Virus record (IMG/VR): IMGVR_UViG_3300043399_000272
Coordinates: 124,001 to 188,000 of that record
Direction: 5' to 3' (one strand)
DNA length: 64,000 nt
A program made the translations under genes and the position numbers. The first letter of the stretch is position 1; each line of letters begins with the position of its first letter. The notes beneath the pieces were generated by a model, which saw only the letters and a list, made by a program, of their open reading frames with translations, ran no database searches and was not told where the DNA came from. This document shows positions 37,488 through 46,837 of this stretch, piece after piece.

Positions 37488-38324
37488 ATGATGTACAATC
37501 AAAAGCTGGTGGCCAGCCTAAAAGCCAATGGTAAAATCCTTCGTGAATTCAAGGATACTGTCTACTGCCCATTCGGAGCAGAATACTCAATCTTACTCAA
37601 GAACCTAAACACAGTCCGAGCACTAGTCCATGTTTACATTGACGGTGAAGACATGGCACCTGGTGGTATCGTATTAAACGCACATCAAGAAATTGATCTT
37701 GAGCGTAGCATTAAGAACGGCAATCTTAATGAGGGCAATCGCTTCAAGTTCATTGAGCGTACAGGAGCAGTTGAACAACATCGCGGTATCAAATTAGAAG
37801 ATGGATTGATTCGCATTGAGTATCAGTTTGAAATGCCTCGTCCTATTATCAGTAATGCTTATGATAATTTTAGATACACTGGTATAAAAGACACTTATAC
37901 TAATGCATCCTACAATGTTAACGGCATGTTGCGTAGTGTAGACTATAGTGCTGGTGAATCAATGAAAGCGGCAGCATCTAGTGCTATTCAAGATACATTG
38001 AACAGTATGAATATTAGTGCGACATCAGCATCATTACATGACGGCATGGCTACAATGGATTCGTATGTACCAAAGAACGAAACGGGTATCACTGTGCCTG
38101 GCTCTAAGAGTGAACAGAAGTTTCAGACAACTTATATCGGTGCGCTAGATCCAGTCAAGCATTCAATCGTATTGAAGATTCTAGGCGAGACTCCTGACAA
38201 CGAACCTGTTCGTAAGCCTATCACAACAAAACACAAACCCAAATGTGTTACATGCGGTAAACAGAACAAAGCAACAGCTAAGTTCTGTACCGAATGTGGA
38301 ACTGCATTGGAAATCTTTGCTTGA
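37488..38324 (+). CDS. Hypothetical protein with C-terminal double zinc ribbon
   Basis: CVTCG...KFCTECG; AAGGA SD. Confidence 0.7.
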   Translation: MMYNQKLVASLKANGKILREFKDTVYCPFGAEYSILLKNLNTVRALVHVYIDGEDMAPGGIVLNAHQEIDLERSIKNGNLNEGNRFKFIERTGAVEQHRGIKLEDGLIRIEYQFEMPRPIISNAYDNFRYTGIKDTYTNASYNVNGMLRSVDYSAGESMKAAASSAIQDTLNSMNISATSASLHDGMATMDSYVPKNETGITVPGSKSEQKFQTTYIGALDPVKHSIVLKILGETPDNEPVRKPITTKHKPKCVTCGKQNKATAKFCTECGTALEIFA

Positions 38325-38349
38325 TATAAATACTCGGATACGATATAAT
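38321..38349 (+). promoter_or_regulatory. sigma70-like promoter overlapped by a 10-bp inverted repeat
   Basis: TTGATA-17-TATAAT; ATACTCGGAT (38330-38339) / ATCCGAGTAT (38348-38357). Confidence 0.65.
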
Positions 38350-38355
38350 CCGAGT

Positions 38356-38610
38356 ATGGAAATCAAAACTTCATTAGATTGGATGCAAGTAAGCATTCCG
38401 CTATTAGAACAGCAGAATGCTTTGCCATATAATCGTGACCTACACAAAATGTATAGAAATATCGGGAATATGGTCAAAGAATTATCTCAGTTAGAAGTCG
38501 AAGCACGTAGACTTAACGCACCCTATATGACAGCCGAAAAAATAGCAGAGATAAACTCTGCTATTGATAGATTAGAAAAACTAATGTTAATGGCTAAGTT
38601 GATGAATTAA
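38356..38610 (+). CDS. Hypothetical helical protein, probably leaderless
   Basis: MEIKTSLDW...; the ATG starts 7 nt after the end of the -10 box. Confidence 0.6.
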   Translation: MEIKTSLDWMQVSIPLLEQQNALPYNRDLHKMYRNIGNMVKELSQLEVEARRLNAPYMTAEKIAEINSAIDRLEKLMLMAKLMN

Positions 38611-38617
38611 GCGTATG

Positions 38618-39688
38618 TTAAAACAAAGGTATTCCATTACTAGTGCCGCTAAGACCGCCCCTGGATAACGACAATGCACCCCTAGTTTGTATAGTTGAAG
38701 TATCAGATGCATATACTATTCGATTAACTACAGAAGTAACAACAAACGAAGGACTTGGCCCTGTCACACCACCGCCGAACCATCCGTAATCATAACTTGT
38801 AGTAGCAGATAAACTATGCTTTGCTGCACTTAACGGCGCTCTGCCAGAAGCCACCTGAGAGTCGTTTGAATAATCTATTCGATCAACTGTAGACACGAAT
38901 ACATTCGTGAATCCACCACCGATCCATCCATAATTATTGTTTCCAGTAGCACTACCTCCCCATCTAGCTAAACTCAATTGTCCTACTTGAACACCGCTAA
39001 CATCATTACTTAAGTCTATTCGATCTACTCTATTCTGTGGGTTTGACGATCCGGTAGTAGTACCACCTTGAAAATAACCAAAAGTTGGACTTGCACTACC
39101 GGTTAAGTTCGCTCTAGCTATTGTCAGTGTAGCAGGTCGTGATGCCGCAGTGTCTGATGCATATGTATATCTATAAATAGTACTTGCATATGGTGGGCTA
39201 ATACTACTACCACCGCCACCGTACCATCCGTACGTGCTGTTGCCGAAAGAACCAGCGTCCCCTCTCGATGCACTAGTCGAACGTGACGTTGCACTTGCGA
39301 GATCATTAGTGTAGGTAATGCGATATACACGACTGGCATTTGAAGTTCCGCCTCCTATAAATCCTCCACCAGCCCACCCGTAATCATACGTTCCGAAACT
39401 AAACATACCATCTAACTCTAACGGCATAGGACCTCGAACACTTGCTGTTACATCATCATTTGACTGATCTATTCTATCAATTGTGCTTGCATTAACTGTA
39501 GCAGTAGTACGGCCACCTATGTTCCACCCATACGCAGGTAATCCTGCAGGCGGAACAACCCCTGTACCGGTAACCCAAAAAGAATTCGTTGACGCAGTGT
39601 AAATGTCACCCATAGACCATACGCCCGATGCACTTAACGTAGATATGGATGCTATTTGTCCTATTAACCCACCATTATTAGATTTCAT
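38618..39688 (-). CDS. Kelch-like beta-propeller repeat protein (virion-associated)
   Basis: About six repeats of YGW.GGG....S..DRIDY.ND....R..L...R. Confidence 0.65.
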   Translation of the reverse strand: MKSNNGGLIGQIASISTLSASGVWSMGDIYTASTNSFWVTGTGVVPPAGLPAYGWNIGGRTTATVNASTIDRIDQSNDDVTASVRGPMPLELDGMFSFGTYDYGWAGGGFIGGGTSNASRVYRITYTNDLASATSRSTSASRGDAGSFGNSTYGWYGGGGSSISPPYASTIYRYTYASDTAASRPATLTIARANLTGSASPTFGYFQGGTTTGSSNPQNRVDRIDLSNDVSGVQVGQLSLARWGGSATGNNNYGWIGGGFTNVFVSTVDRIDYSNDSQVASGRAPLSAAKHSLSATTSYDYGWFGGGVTGPSPSFVVTSVVNRIVYASDTSTIQTRGALSLSRGGLSGTSNGIPLF

Positions 39689-39701
39689 GTTTATTGCCTT
39701 A

Positions 39702-40742
39702 TTACCCTGGTCTACCGCCCACACCTGGTTGTGAATCTATTAAAAATGGCATAGGTCCTCTAGTAGCCGCAGTATCTGTGTCATTTGAATAGTCTAGCCG
39801 ATTTATTGAACACGTCCTACTAGTTATGCTTGGGGCAGTACCGTATCCTCCGGAACTATATCCATATTGATCACTTCCCATGCTAGCACCGTCATATCTA
39901 GTTGATGGATAACTACTGCGGTTTAATATAGTACTAGTGTCTGCTGAATATATAAGCCGAGATATTGTACTTGTTGCCTCGCCGAAATTAGCGCCTTGTC
40001 CACCTCCCCAGTAACCATTGATTTCTGTACCATATGTAAATAAATTATATACCGAATTCGGTAACGGGCTACGAATTACAAGAGCTGAAGTATCCTGAGA
40101 ATATTCCATCCTCTCAATGAACGAGATTGCTGTACTCAAAGGACGCAATCCTCCACCTATGTAGCCAAACGTAGCATTTCCTATGGCATTAGCGGACTCT
40201 CGTGGTAGTAATACACTATTTTGAACTGTTGCAGTTACTGTGTCATTATTGTAATCAACACGGCTAATTGATGAATTTATTAGTCCAGATGCAGCAAGAC
40301 CGGAACCAAACCAACCGTATGCGTCAATACCTATTCCGAATAAGGAACCTAGTCCCGCGGATAAGGGTCCTCTTACACTCGCAGAACCTAAATCATTGGC
40401 GTAGTCAATACGGTCTATTCTATTAATACCGCCAGCACCGCCAGCTACCCAACCGTAACTATTATTACCTGCAGCGGCGCTGGAATTCCTTGATTGCGAT
40501 AAAGTCCCCCTGGATGAAGCAGTAGTAGAATCATTAGTATAATCAATACGGTATAATCTTGATGTTGATCCAATATCAACGCCACCGCAATTCCATCCAT
40601 ATGTTTGTTGAATTCCAGAGTCTATCATCCATTGATTGATAGATGCTGCCAGTGGAATGTATCCTAAGGACCAGACACCTGGTGACCAAGTTCTAGCTGA
40701 TACTGCTAATTTACCTATTACGCCGGCATTGTTGTGCTTCAT
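39702..40742 (-). CDS. Kelch-like beta-propeller repeat protein, paralog
   Basis: Same repeat and the same MK.NN.G.IG...GVWS.G N-terminus. Confidence 0.65.
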   Translation of the reverse strand: MKHNNAGVIGKLAVSARTWSPGVWSLGYIPLAASINQWMIDSGIQQTYGWNCGGVDIGSTSRLYRIDYTNDSTTASSRGTLSQSRNSSAAAGNNSYGWVAGGAGGINRIDRIDYANDLGSASVRGPLSAGLGSLFGIGIDAYGWFGSGLAASGLINSSISRVDYNNDTVTATVQNSVLLPRESANAIGNATFGYIGGGLRPLSTAISFIERMEYSQDTSALVIRSPLPNSVYNLFTYGTEINGYWGGGQGANFGEATSTISRLIYSADTSTILNRSSYPSTRYDGASMGSDQYGYSSGGYGTAPSITSRTCSINRLDYSNDTDTAATRGPMPFLIDSQPGVGGRPG

Positions 40743-40752
40743 TAATAAGTCC

Positions 40753-41112
40753 TTAACTTATTATTTCATATGAACAAACACCTGTTAGGTATGAATTGTT
40801 GCCTGCAGTTAATCTTATAGAATCACCTTCTTCTAAATATACCATTGCGTCTTTGCTGATTAACACGATTGTTGCGTCATTGGGAACTACAATAGTGTAA
40901 GCTATGCGATATTCTACTGATCCTCTGTAGATACTAGCAGTAATAGTAGATGTTGCGGTGCCGTTTATATTTGCAATTATTAATGAATTAACTTTATAAA
41001 TTTTACCACTACCGCTTGAATTAGTTACGATATCTGTCGGAGTTGTTGAAATATCTTGAACCGCAGTTTTTCCGTATATCTCTGTTACGTTAACAATATT
41101 AGGGTTTGCCAT
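40753..41112 (-). CDS. Small tail-associated structural protein
   Basis: MANPNIVNV..IYGK...IIAN..G...YLEEGD.I...SYE.I. Confidence 0.6.
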   Translation of the reverse strand: MANPNIVNVTEIYGKTAVQDISTTPTDIVTNSSGSGKIYKVNSLIIANINGTATSTITASIYRGSVEYRIAYTIVVPNDATIVLISKDAMVYLEEGDSIRLTAGNNSYLTGVCSYEIIS

Positions 41113-41122
41113 TTTTTTTTCC

Positions 41123-42235
41123 TTAACCAAAAATCAAAGCCATTGCAATGGCTTTACCTGTTGTTATTCCACCTGAACCTGAACTAGTGATCCAATTTAA
41201 ATTACCTGAACCATCAGTTGATAATACTTGTCCATTAGCCCCACCTGTAATGCGAACATTAGCTACTGGTCCTAAACTTACATTGCTTGCACCTGTTAGA
41301 TTTACTGTGCCAGTGCTTGTTAAACCAGTTAATGTACCAACACTTGTAATATTAGGTTGTGCTGCGGTCGTCACAGTGCCTGCAGTTGTTGCTGCACCAC
41401 TTAACGTACCAACAAAAGTTGTAGCTGTAATAGAAGCATTACCTAAATTAGCACTGATACTTGTATTAAACACCGCAGACGAATTACCATTTGCAGATGA
41501 TGTAGTAAATGTTGGATAAACCGTAGTAGAAGTAGAAGTGTTTTGTAGTAATGCACTAGCATTTGTTGCGCTACCAACAGTACCTAAAACATTAGCACCT
41601 GTGATAGAAGTTAAAGAAGATCCGTTACCGCTAAAGAAATTAGCAATTGCTAAATTACCTAAATTGGCGTTCCCTGAAAGTAAGTTTCCTGTTCCTGTAT
41701 TAAGAATCCCTGCGACATTGACACTAGTGCTGGAAATAGTAAGTACCCCGCTTGTACCACCTACACCCACAGTCACATTACCGTTTGTTGTAGCAATAGA
41801 CACGTTGCTAGTACCATTGGATATAGAACTGGAACTGATTGTTGCCCATGACAATGTTCCGGAACCGTCAGTAGTTAGATATTGACCGGAAGAACCACCA
41901 GTGATACGAACATTTGATATTGCTCCTAAAGTTACGTTTGATGCAGAAGAAAAGTTTATAACCCCTGAGCTAGTGATGTTAGTAACTGAAAGTGTGTTTG
42001 TTGTCTTGTTGAATGTTAGATTTGCACTACCTGCAAATGAGTTGCTATCGTTGAACTGGATTTGGGTATTAGAACCACCCGCATTTGAAGAAAATGAGTA
42101 TGGTTGTCCGTTAGCATAATAAATGTTATTTGTTCTGATGTTTCCGGCTGTAATTGTATTGGAAACATAGGAATCAGCAAACGTAAAATTTGCGGATGTG
42201 TTTACTGCAATTGGCTCTACGAATGTTAGTGACAT
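41123..42235 (-). CDS. Tail fibre-like protein (start revised to MSLTFVEP)
   Basis: GGSNTQIQFND, AAQPNITSVGTL, duplicated NVRITGG..GQ.L.TDGSG.L.W, end GKAIAMALIFG; AAGGA SD. Confidence 0.65.
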   Translation of the reverse strand: MSLTFVEPIAVNTSANFTFADSYVSNTITAGNIRTNNIYYANGQPYSFSSNAGGSNTQIQFNDSNSFAGSANLTFNKTTNTLSVTNITSSGVINFSSASNVTLGAISNVRITGGSSGQYLTTDGSGTLSWATISSSSISNGTSNVSIATTNGNVTVGVGGTSGVLTISSTSVNVAGILNTGTGNLLSGNANLGNLAIANFFSGNGSSLTSITGANVLGTVGSATNASALLQNTSTSTTVYPTFTTSSANGNSSAVFNTSISANLGNASITATTFVGTLSGAATTAGTVTTAAQPNITSVGTLTGLTSTGTVNLTGASNVSLGPVANVRITGGANGQVLSTDGSGNLNWITSSGSGGITTGKAIAMALIFG

Positions 42236-42279
42236 AAATCTATCCTTATATGTATTTAGCTTTTTCATTCTATTTAAAG

Positions 42280-42308
42280 TTGACAAAAAAACCAAAACAT
42301 CGTACAAT
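42280..42308 (+). promoter_or_regulatory. Early sigma70 promoter
   Basis: TTGACA-17-TACAAT. Confidence 0.85.
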
Positions 42309-42314
42309 TCACGC

Positions 42315-42722
42315 ATGGAATACAAAATTGAAGCTAGCAAACGTAATACCAAATACATCGAAGCACTACTGCCGTCGATGTTGAAGCAACTGAACCTGGA
42401 AAGTAGCAAAAAAGTACTACTTATTAGGGTTGCTGATGAATGTGGGACGAACCAGGGTATTACTATGGATCTTGGTAAAAATATCGGGATTGTCGTTGTC
42501 ATCAAGCCCCGCAGGAATCTCCATCAAATCGGGCTGACTTTGGCCCACGAAATGGTTCATGTAAAGCAACTGGCCAAGGGTACACTAAAAACCCGTAAAA
42601 CTGGGTCATTTATTTGGTCTGGTAAACGCTACGGTAAAAAAACTGAATACTTGAGTATGCCCTGGGAAATTGAAGCATTTAGTAAGCAAGAATTGATTCT
42701 CCGTCGTGCGTACCAGGCTTGA
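42315..42722 (+). CDS. HExxH metallopeptidase-like protein, probably leaderless
   Basis: TLAHEMVHVKQ...PWEIEA; the ATG starts 7 nt after the end of the -10 box. Confidence 0.7.
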   Translation: MEYKIEASKRNTKYIEALLPSMLKQLNLESSKKVLLIRVADECGTNQGITMDLGKNIGIVVVIKPRRNLHQIGLTLAHEMVHVKQLAKGTLKTRKTGSFIWSGKRYGKKTEYLSMPWEIEAFSKQELILRRAYQA

Positions 42723-42747
42723 CAATAAATAGTTTTGGGCATACAAT
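42719..42747 (+). promoter_or_regulatory. Early sigma70 promoter
   Basis: TTGACA-17-TACAAT. Confidence 0.85.
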
Positions 42748-42777
42748 ACATATATTGATTCATTAAAGGAGCTTTGA

Positions 42778-43062
42778 ATGTCTGATGTTTCTTACACCGT
42801 GATTGTGTTCAAAACTGACAAGCGTACCAAGTCTGGCAAGCGTCAGGTTCGTGTGTTTGAACACAAAGCAGACCGCAAGGGCATGAAGGAAGAACTCAAG
42901 CACCTGTATGAAACTTCTTGGTTCGCCAAAGACGGTTACAGTTTTGAGATCCACGAAACCTTCGTGACCCGAAAGAACCTGATGACTGGTAAAGAGTACG
43001 AGGAACGCTATGACACCCCGTATTTCTGCTCTCCGTCTAGCGAATCTTTCTGGTCAAATTAA
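42778..43062 (+). CDS. Hypothetical early protein
   Basis: AAGGAG SD; ends TPYFCSPSSESFWS. Confidence 0.7.
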   Translation: MSDVSYTVIVFKTDKRTKSGKRQVRVFEHKADRKGMKEELKHLYETSWFAKDGYSFEIHETFVTRKNLMTGKEYEERYDTPYFCSPSSESFWSN

Positions 43063-43063
43063 T

Positions 43064-43092
43064 TTGACAATAATTCCCAAATCTGACACAAT
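43064..43092 (+). promoter_or_regulatory. Early sigma70 promoter
   Basis: TTGACA-17-CACAAT. Confidence 0.7.
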
Positions 43093-43125
43093 ACTTGTAT
43101 TGACACTGAAATAGAGGACAACGAA

Positions 43126-43434
43126 ATGGCACTGACTCCCCTGACCGAACGTCAAAAGGCTCTGATTGTTTCCAATGTTGTTAAGGCATGTAAGAATATT
43201 GACAGCCTTAATCGTACTGGTTACAAGTTTCTCTACCTGTGCAGTGGCTTTATTGCTCACTATGACCTGTATGGTTTCATTGCAACCTACAGCGAACCCG
43301 GTAGCCTCAAGCGTGATATTCTTTCCTATGCTGGTCAAAATCAGTGGAAGAATTTTCGCCCCGGTGAACGTGATTACGATTATTACATGAGCAAGGCTGA
43401 TGTGTACAACCGCATTCTTGCCCAAATTATCTAA
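43126..43434 (+). CDS. Hypothetical early protein
   Basis: GAGG SD; own promoter. Confidence 0.7.
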   Translation: MALTPLTERQKALIVSNVVKACKNIDSLNRTGYKFLYLCSGFIAHYDLYGFIATYSEPGSLKRDILSYAGQNQWKNFRPGERDYDYYMSKADVYNRILAQII

Positions 43435-43440
43435 AATAGT

Positions 43441-43469
43441 TTGACAATAAATCCGTTATCACATACAAT
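43441..43469 (+). promoter_or_regulatory. Early sigma70 promoter
   Basis: TTGACA-17-TACAAT. Confidence 0.85.
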
Positions 43470-43509
43470 CAAGTTTCTTTCTTAACTAAGCCATAATCAA
43501 TAGGAGAAA

Positions 43510-44616
43510 ATGATGGCATCACATGTTTCTGACAATCTGACTATTACTTCCGGTCAAGTACGCAAAGCCTTGCTGACTGCGTTTAAATCAAAACGTCCTG
43601 TATTTTTGTGGGGTCCTCCCGGTATCGGTAAGTCTGAGGTCGTTGCTGAAATCGCTGAGGAACTAGGCGGTATTGTATATGACTTGCGTATGGCGCAAAT
43701 GGAACCTACTGATATTCGTGGTATTCCTTACTTCAACAAAGATATCGGCAAAATGGATTGGGCTCCCCCAGTTGACCTGCCCGATGAAGAAACTGCAAGT
43801 CAGTATCCTGTGGTTGTATTGTTCCTTGATGAAATGAACTCTGCTCCGCCCGCAGTGCAGGCTGCAGGTTATCAACTGATTCTGAACCGTCGTGTCGGTA
43901 AGTACAAACTGCCCGATAACGTTGTTATCGTTGCGGCAGGTAACCGTGACAGTGACAAGGGTGTGACTTATCGTATGCCGATGCCCCTCGCTAACCGATT
44001 CGTTCATATTGAAATGCGAGCCGACTTTGCTTCTTGGCAAAACTGGGCTGTGAACAAAGGCATTCACAAGGACGTTGTTGGTTACTTGTCTTTCGCTAAA
44101 CAAGACCTGTACGACTTTGATTCTAAGTCTGCAAGCCGTGCGTTCGCTACTCCCCGTTCTTGGTGTTTCGTTAGCGACCTGCTGAATGACGAGGATAATG
44201 TTGATACTGATACCTTGTTCAACTTGGTTGCAGGTGCAGTTGGTGAAGGTCTTGCTGTTAAGTTTGCCGCTCACCGTAAGATTGCAGGTAAGATGCCAGA
44301 ACCCACTGACATTCTGACTGGTAAGGTCAAGGATCTTTCTGTTAAAGAAATTTCAGCAATGTACTCCTTGACTATTGCAATGTGTTACGAACTCAAGGAT
44401 GCTGTCACCAACAAGAAAGCGGATAACAAAAAGTTCCACGAAATGGCTGATTATTTCTTCAGCTACATGATGACTAACTTCGAGACTGAGTTGGTTGTTA
44501 TGGGTGCTAAGATTGCACTGAAAACGTATCAACTTCCGATTGAACCTAGTCAACTTAAGAATTTTGACGAGTTCCATAAGAAGTATGGTAAGTACATCGT
44601 AGAAGCAGGCAATTGA
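43510..44616 (+). CDS. MoxR-like AAA+ ATPase
   Basis: Walker A GPPGIGKS, Walker B LFLDE, AAGN, LANRF, ATPRSW. Confidence 0.9.
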   Translation: MMASHVSDNLTITSGQVRKALLTAFKSKRPVFLWGPPGIGKSEVVAEIAEELGGIVYDLRMAQMEPTDIRGIPYFNKDIGKMDWAPPVDLPDEETASQYPVVVLFLDEMNSAPPAVQAAGYQLILNRRVGKYKLPDNVVIVAAGNRDSDKGVTYRMPMPLANRFVHIEMRADFASWQNWAVNKGIHKDVVGYLSFAKQDLYDFDSKSASRAFATPRSWCFVSDLLNDEDNVDTDTLFNLVAGAVGEGLAVKFAAHRKIAGKMPEPTDILTGKVKDLSVKEISAMYSLTIAMCYELKDAVTNKKADNKKFHEMADYFFSYMMTNFETELVVMGAKIALKTYQLPIEPSQLKNFDEFHKKYGKYIVEAGN

Positions 44617-44630
44617 TTCTACGACTCCCG

Positions 44631-44689
44631 GGGGACTTATACTCCCCTTTTACAGGGTGAGAGTATAAAAATATTCTCACCCTTTTTTT
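44631..44689 (+). terminator. Tandem intrinsic terminators
   Basis: GGGGA..TCCCC-TTTT, then AGGGTGAGAGTAT-AAAA-ATATTCTCACCCT-T6. Confidence 0.75.
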
Positions 44690-44702
44690 CTAAGGAATAA
44701 AC

Positions 44703-44855
44703 ATGTCTGGTAAAAAGTATTTTTATGCTCTTGGTCAAAGTGTCCGAGCACGTGGTCTTACCAAATCACAAGGTGAGGAACGGTACTCATTAGATAGTGC
44801 ATTGCCCTATGCAAGGATTGCGTTTGATGCGGGTTTTCGCGGGCTTAGTCTTTGA
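44703..44855 (+). CDS. 50-aa hypothetical protein
   Basis: AAGGA SD; MSGKKYFYALGQ...FDAGFRGLSL. Confidence 0.55.
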   Translation: MSGKKYFYALGQSVRARGLTKSQGEERYSLDSALPYARIAFDAGFRGLSL

Positions 44856-44880
44856 CAATAAATCGTTTTGCTGTTATAAT
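44852..44880 (+). promoter_or_regulatory. Early sigma70 promoter
   Basis: TTGACA-17-TATAAT (consensus). Confidence 0.9.
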
Positions 44881-44903
44881 ATTCACATTGTTAAGGAGTA
44901 ACC

Positions 44904-46190
44904 ATGAGCGAAGTCATCGACAAATCTAAGTCAAAAAAGAAGCGTAGCGAAAAGTTTGAAAAACTAGTGGGACCTATGGATCCTAAAGTAGACGCACAAG
45001 CACGTGAGCGTTTGGTTACTGCTCGTGTCGGTCTGTTGTTGCGCCAAAGTTTCTATGGTAACCTTGCTACCCGAATGAAGTTGATTAACGCAGACGAATG
45101 GTGTAGCACTGCGGCAACTGACGGTCTCAATTTCTACTACAACTCTAGATTTATTATGATGCTGAAAACCAAAGAGGTTGAATTCCTTTTTGGTCACGAA
45201 GTGTTGCACGTAGTCTACGACCACATCGACCGTCGAGGCAGTCGTGATCCTCAAATCTGGAACATCGCAAACGATTATACAGTTAACGCAGACTTGAAGC
45301 GACACAAAATTGGTCAGTTTATTACTACTGTGCCGTGTCTGTACGAACAAAAATATGACGGAAAAACTTCTGAGGAAATCTATGACGACCTCATGAAGAA
45401 TCTTCCTAAACTTGATCTTGACCAACTCATTGACCAAATGATTGACGATCATATGGACAATGAAGGTGATTCCGATGACGAAAACGGAAACGAGGGTAAA
45501 GCTAAACGTCCTAAGATGAGTGCGGAAGAACGTGAACGTGTCCGTCAAGAAATCAAGCAGGCTGTAATTGCTGCCGCACAAACGGCTGAAGCAGGTCAAC
45601 TCCCTAAAGGTGTTGAGCGCATCATTAAACAAGCAACAAATCCTATCATGCCTTGGCGTGAACTGTTGCAAGTTAACCTGACTAGCGCAATTCGTAACGA
45701 TTACTCTTGGATTCGTCCTAGTCGTAGAAGTTGGCACATGGATGCAGTCATGCCTGGTATGACTCCGGGTGAAGAAATTGATGTTACTATTGCAATCGAT
45801 ATGTCTGGTTCTATCAGCGACAAGCAAGCCCAGCAGTTTCTTGCTGAGATTGCTGGTATGATGAATGCATTTGATGGCTATAAGGTGCATGTGTTCTGTT
45901 TCGACACTGACATTTATAATCCTAAAGATTATACCTCTGAGAACATGGACTCTATTGAGGAATATGAACCGAAAGGTGGCGGCGGCACAGATTTCGATGC
46001 TATCTTTGACTACCTTAAGAAAGAAGCAATCGAACCTAAGCGATTGATTGTGTTCACTGATGGTTATCCCTGCGGTTCATGGGGTGATGAAAACTATTGT
46101 GATACTACTTGGATCATTCACGGAGATCCTGATCCGAATCCCCCGTTCGGTACTTGGGCTATCTATGATGACCATAGGAAAGGTAACTAA
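44904..46190 (+). CDS. Metallopeptidase-vWA protein (DUF2201-like), MoxR partner
   Basis: TAATDG, HEVLH, WNIA.D; MIDAS DMSGS, GGGTDF, FTDGY. Confidence 0.88.
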   Translation: MSEVIDKSKSKKKRSEKFEKLVGPMDPKVDAQARERLVTARVGLLLRQSFYGNLATRMKLINADEWCSTAATDGLNFYYNSRFIMMLKTKEVEFLFGHEVLHVVYDHIDRRGSRDPQIWNIANDYTVNADLKRHKIGQFITTVPCLYEQKYDGKTSEEIYDDLMKNLPKLDLDQLIDQMIDDHMDNEGDSDDENGNEGKAKRPKMSAEERERVRQEIKQAVIAAAQTAEAGQLPKGVERIIKQATNPIMPWRELLQVNLTSAIRNDYSWIRPSRRSWHMDAVMPGMTPGEEIDVTIAIDMSGSISDKQAQQFLAEIAGMMNAFDGYKVHVFCFDTDIYNPKDYTSENMDSIEEYEPKGGGGTDFDAIFDYLKKEAIEPKRLIVFTDGYPCGSWGDENYCDTTWIIHGDPDPNPPFGTWAIYDDHRKGN

Positions 46191-46312
46191 TGGAACTCTT
46201 TTTAGATATTTTAGGCTACGGATTCATTGCAGTAGTATTACTTGTTATTGCATATCTGTTTGTAAAAATTTTTATTGGTGGTCTAGAGGCACTAACTAAA
46301 GATAATGATTGA
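46190..46312 (+). CDS. 40-aa membrane protein
   Basis: TAATG-coupled; MELFLDILGYGFIAVVLLVIAYLFVKIFIGG... Confidence 0.55.
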   Translation: MELFLDILGYGFIAVVLLVIAYLFVKIFIGGLEALTKDND

Positions 46313-46538
46313 CCAAGAAGCGGGTGTAGTATACGAATCTCCTGATGGAGGTAAGACTATCTACGCCCGCACCATCGGCTCTGCTACCAGAACTCTAGTT
46401 AGTGTAGATGAACTTGTTGTCAAGGAACAACAGTTATTAGATCGATGGAAAGGTTTGAAACGTGCAGTGTTCATGGATGATCCGGTAATCAATGACCTAC
46501 TTAGTAAGATAGACGTTCTTGTAGAATTGAAAAGATGA
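46305..46538 (+). CDS. Hypothetical protein
   Basis: YESPDGGKT.Y.R motif; coupled ORF. Confidence 0.65.
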   Translation: MIDQEAGVVYESPDGGKTIYARTIGSATRTLVSVDELVVKEQQLLDRWKGLKRAVFMDDPVINDLLSKIDVLVELKR

Positions 46539-46798
46539 TGGATTCTATTAATCCTATCACGTGGTTTAGTACACGTGAAGTTCCATTTGTACCAAAACAT
46601 TTCGTAAAGGCAAGCACCCCTCTAACTACTAAGTCTTTGTTTTGGGTAAAATCAACACTCACCGGTAGATACAGCTATCAGGCTAACTATGAGAACTCTA
46701 TTGTATTCAACGAATCAATGGTGATATTTTTCGAAGATCCTGCCGAACTTACGATATATGAACTACGTTGGTCGGGCACAAATATTTTTTCATCATAA
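46535..46798 (+). CDS. Hypothetical protein
   Basis: Coupled ORF with FEDP.E...YEL.W. Confidence 0.6.
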   Translation: MMDSINPITWFSTREVPFVPKHFVKASTPLTTKSLFWVKSTLTGRYSYQANYENSIVFNESMVIFFEDPAELTIYELRWSGTNIFSS

Positions 46799-46837
46799 AA
46801 CTCACGTTAAATATATACATCCTTAAGGAGATATATT

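Noticed and set aside
41112-41120. A9 tract between SD and ATG as a phase-variation switch
   Set aside because: Short homopolymers are expected in AT-rich DNA, and there is no evidence of length variation.
38618-42235. Invertible segment or DGR target
   Set aside because: I found no flanking inverted repeats, recombinase, reverse transcriptase or TR/VR pair in the window.
42236-42505. N-terminal extensions of ORFs 41123-42505(-) and 42198-42722(+)
   Set aside because: Better starts exist at 42235 (SD, late promoter) and 42315 (sigma70 promoter), which removes the overlap.
43663-45890. Long antisense ORFs (203 aa and 308 aa) and similar short antisense ORFs elsewhere
   Set aside because: They mirror well-supported sense genes with biased codon usage and have no motifs or RBS.
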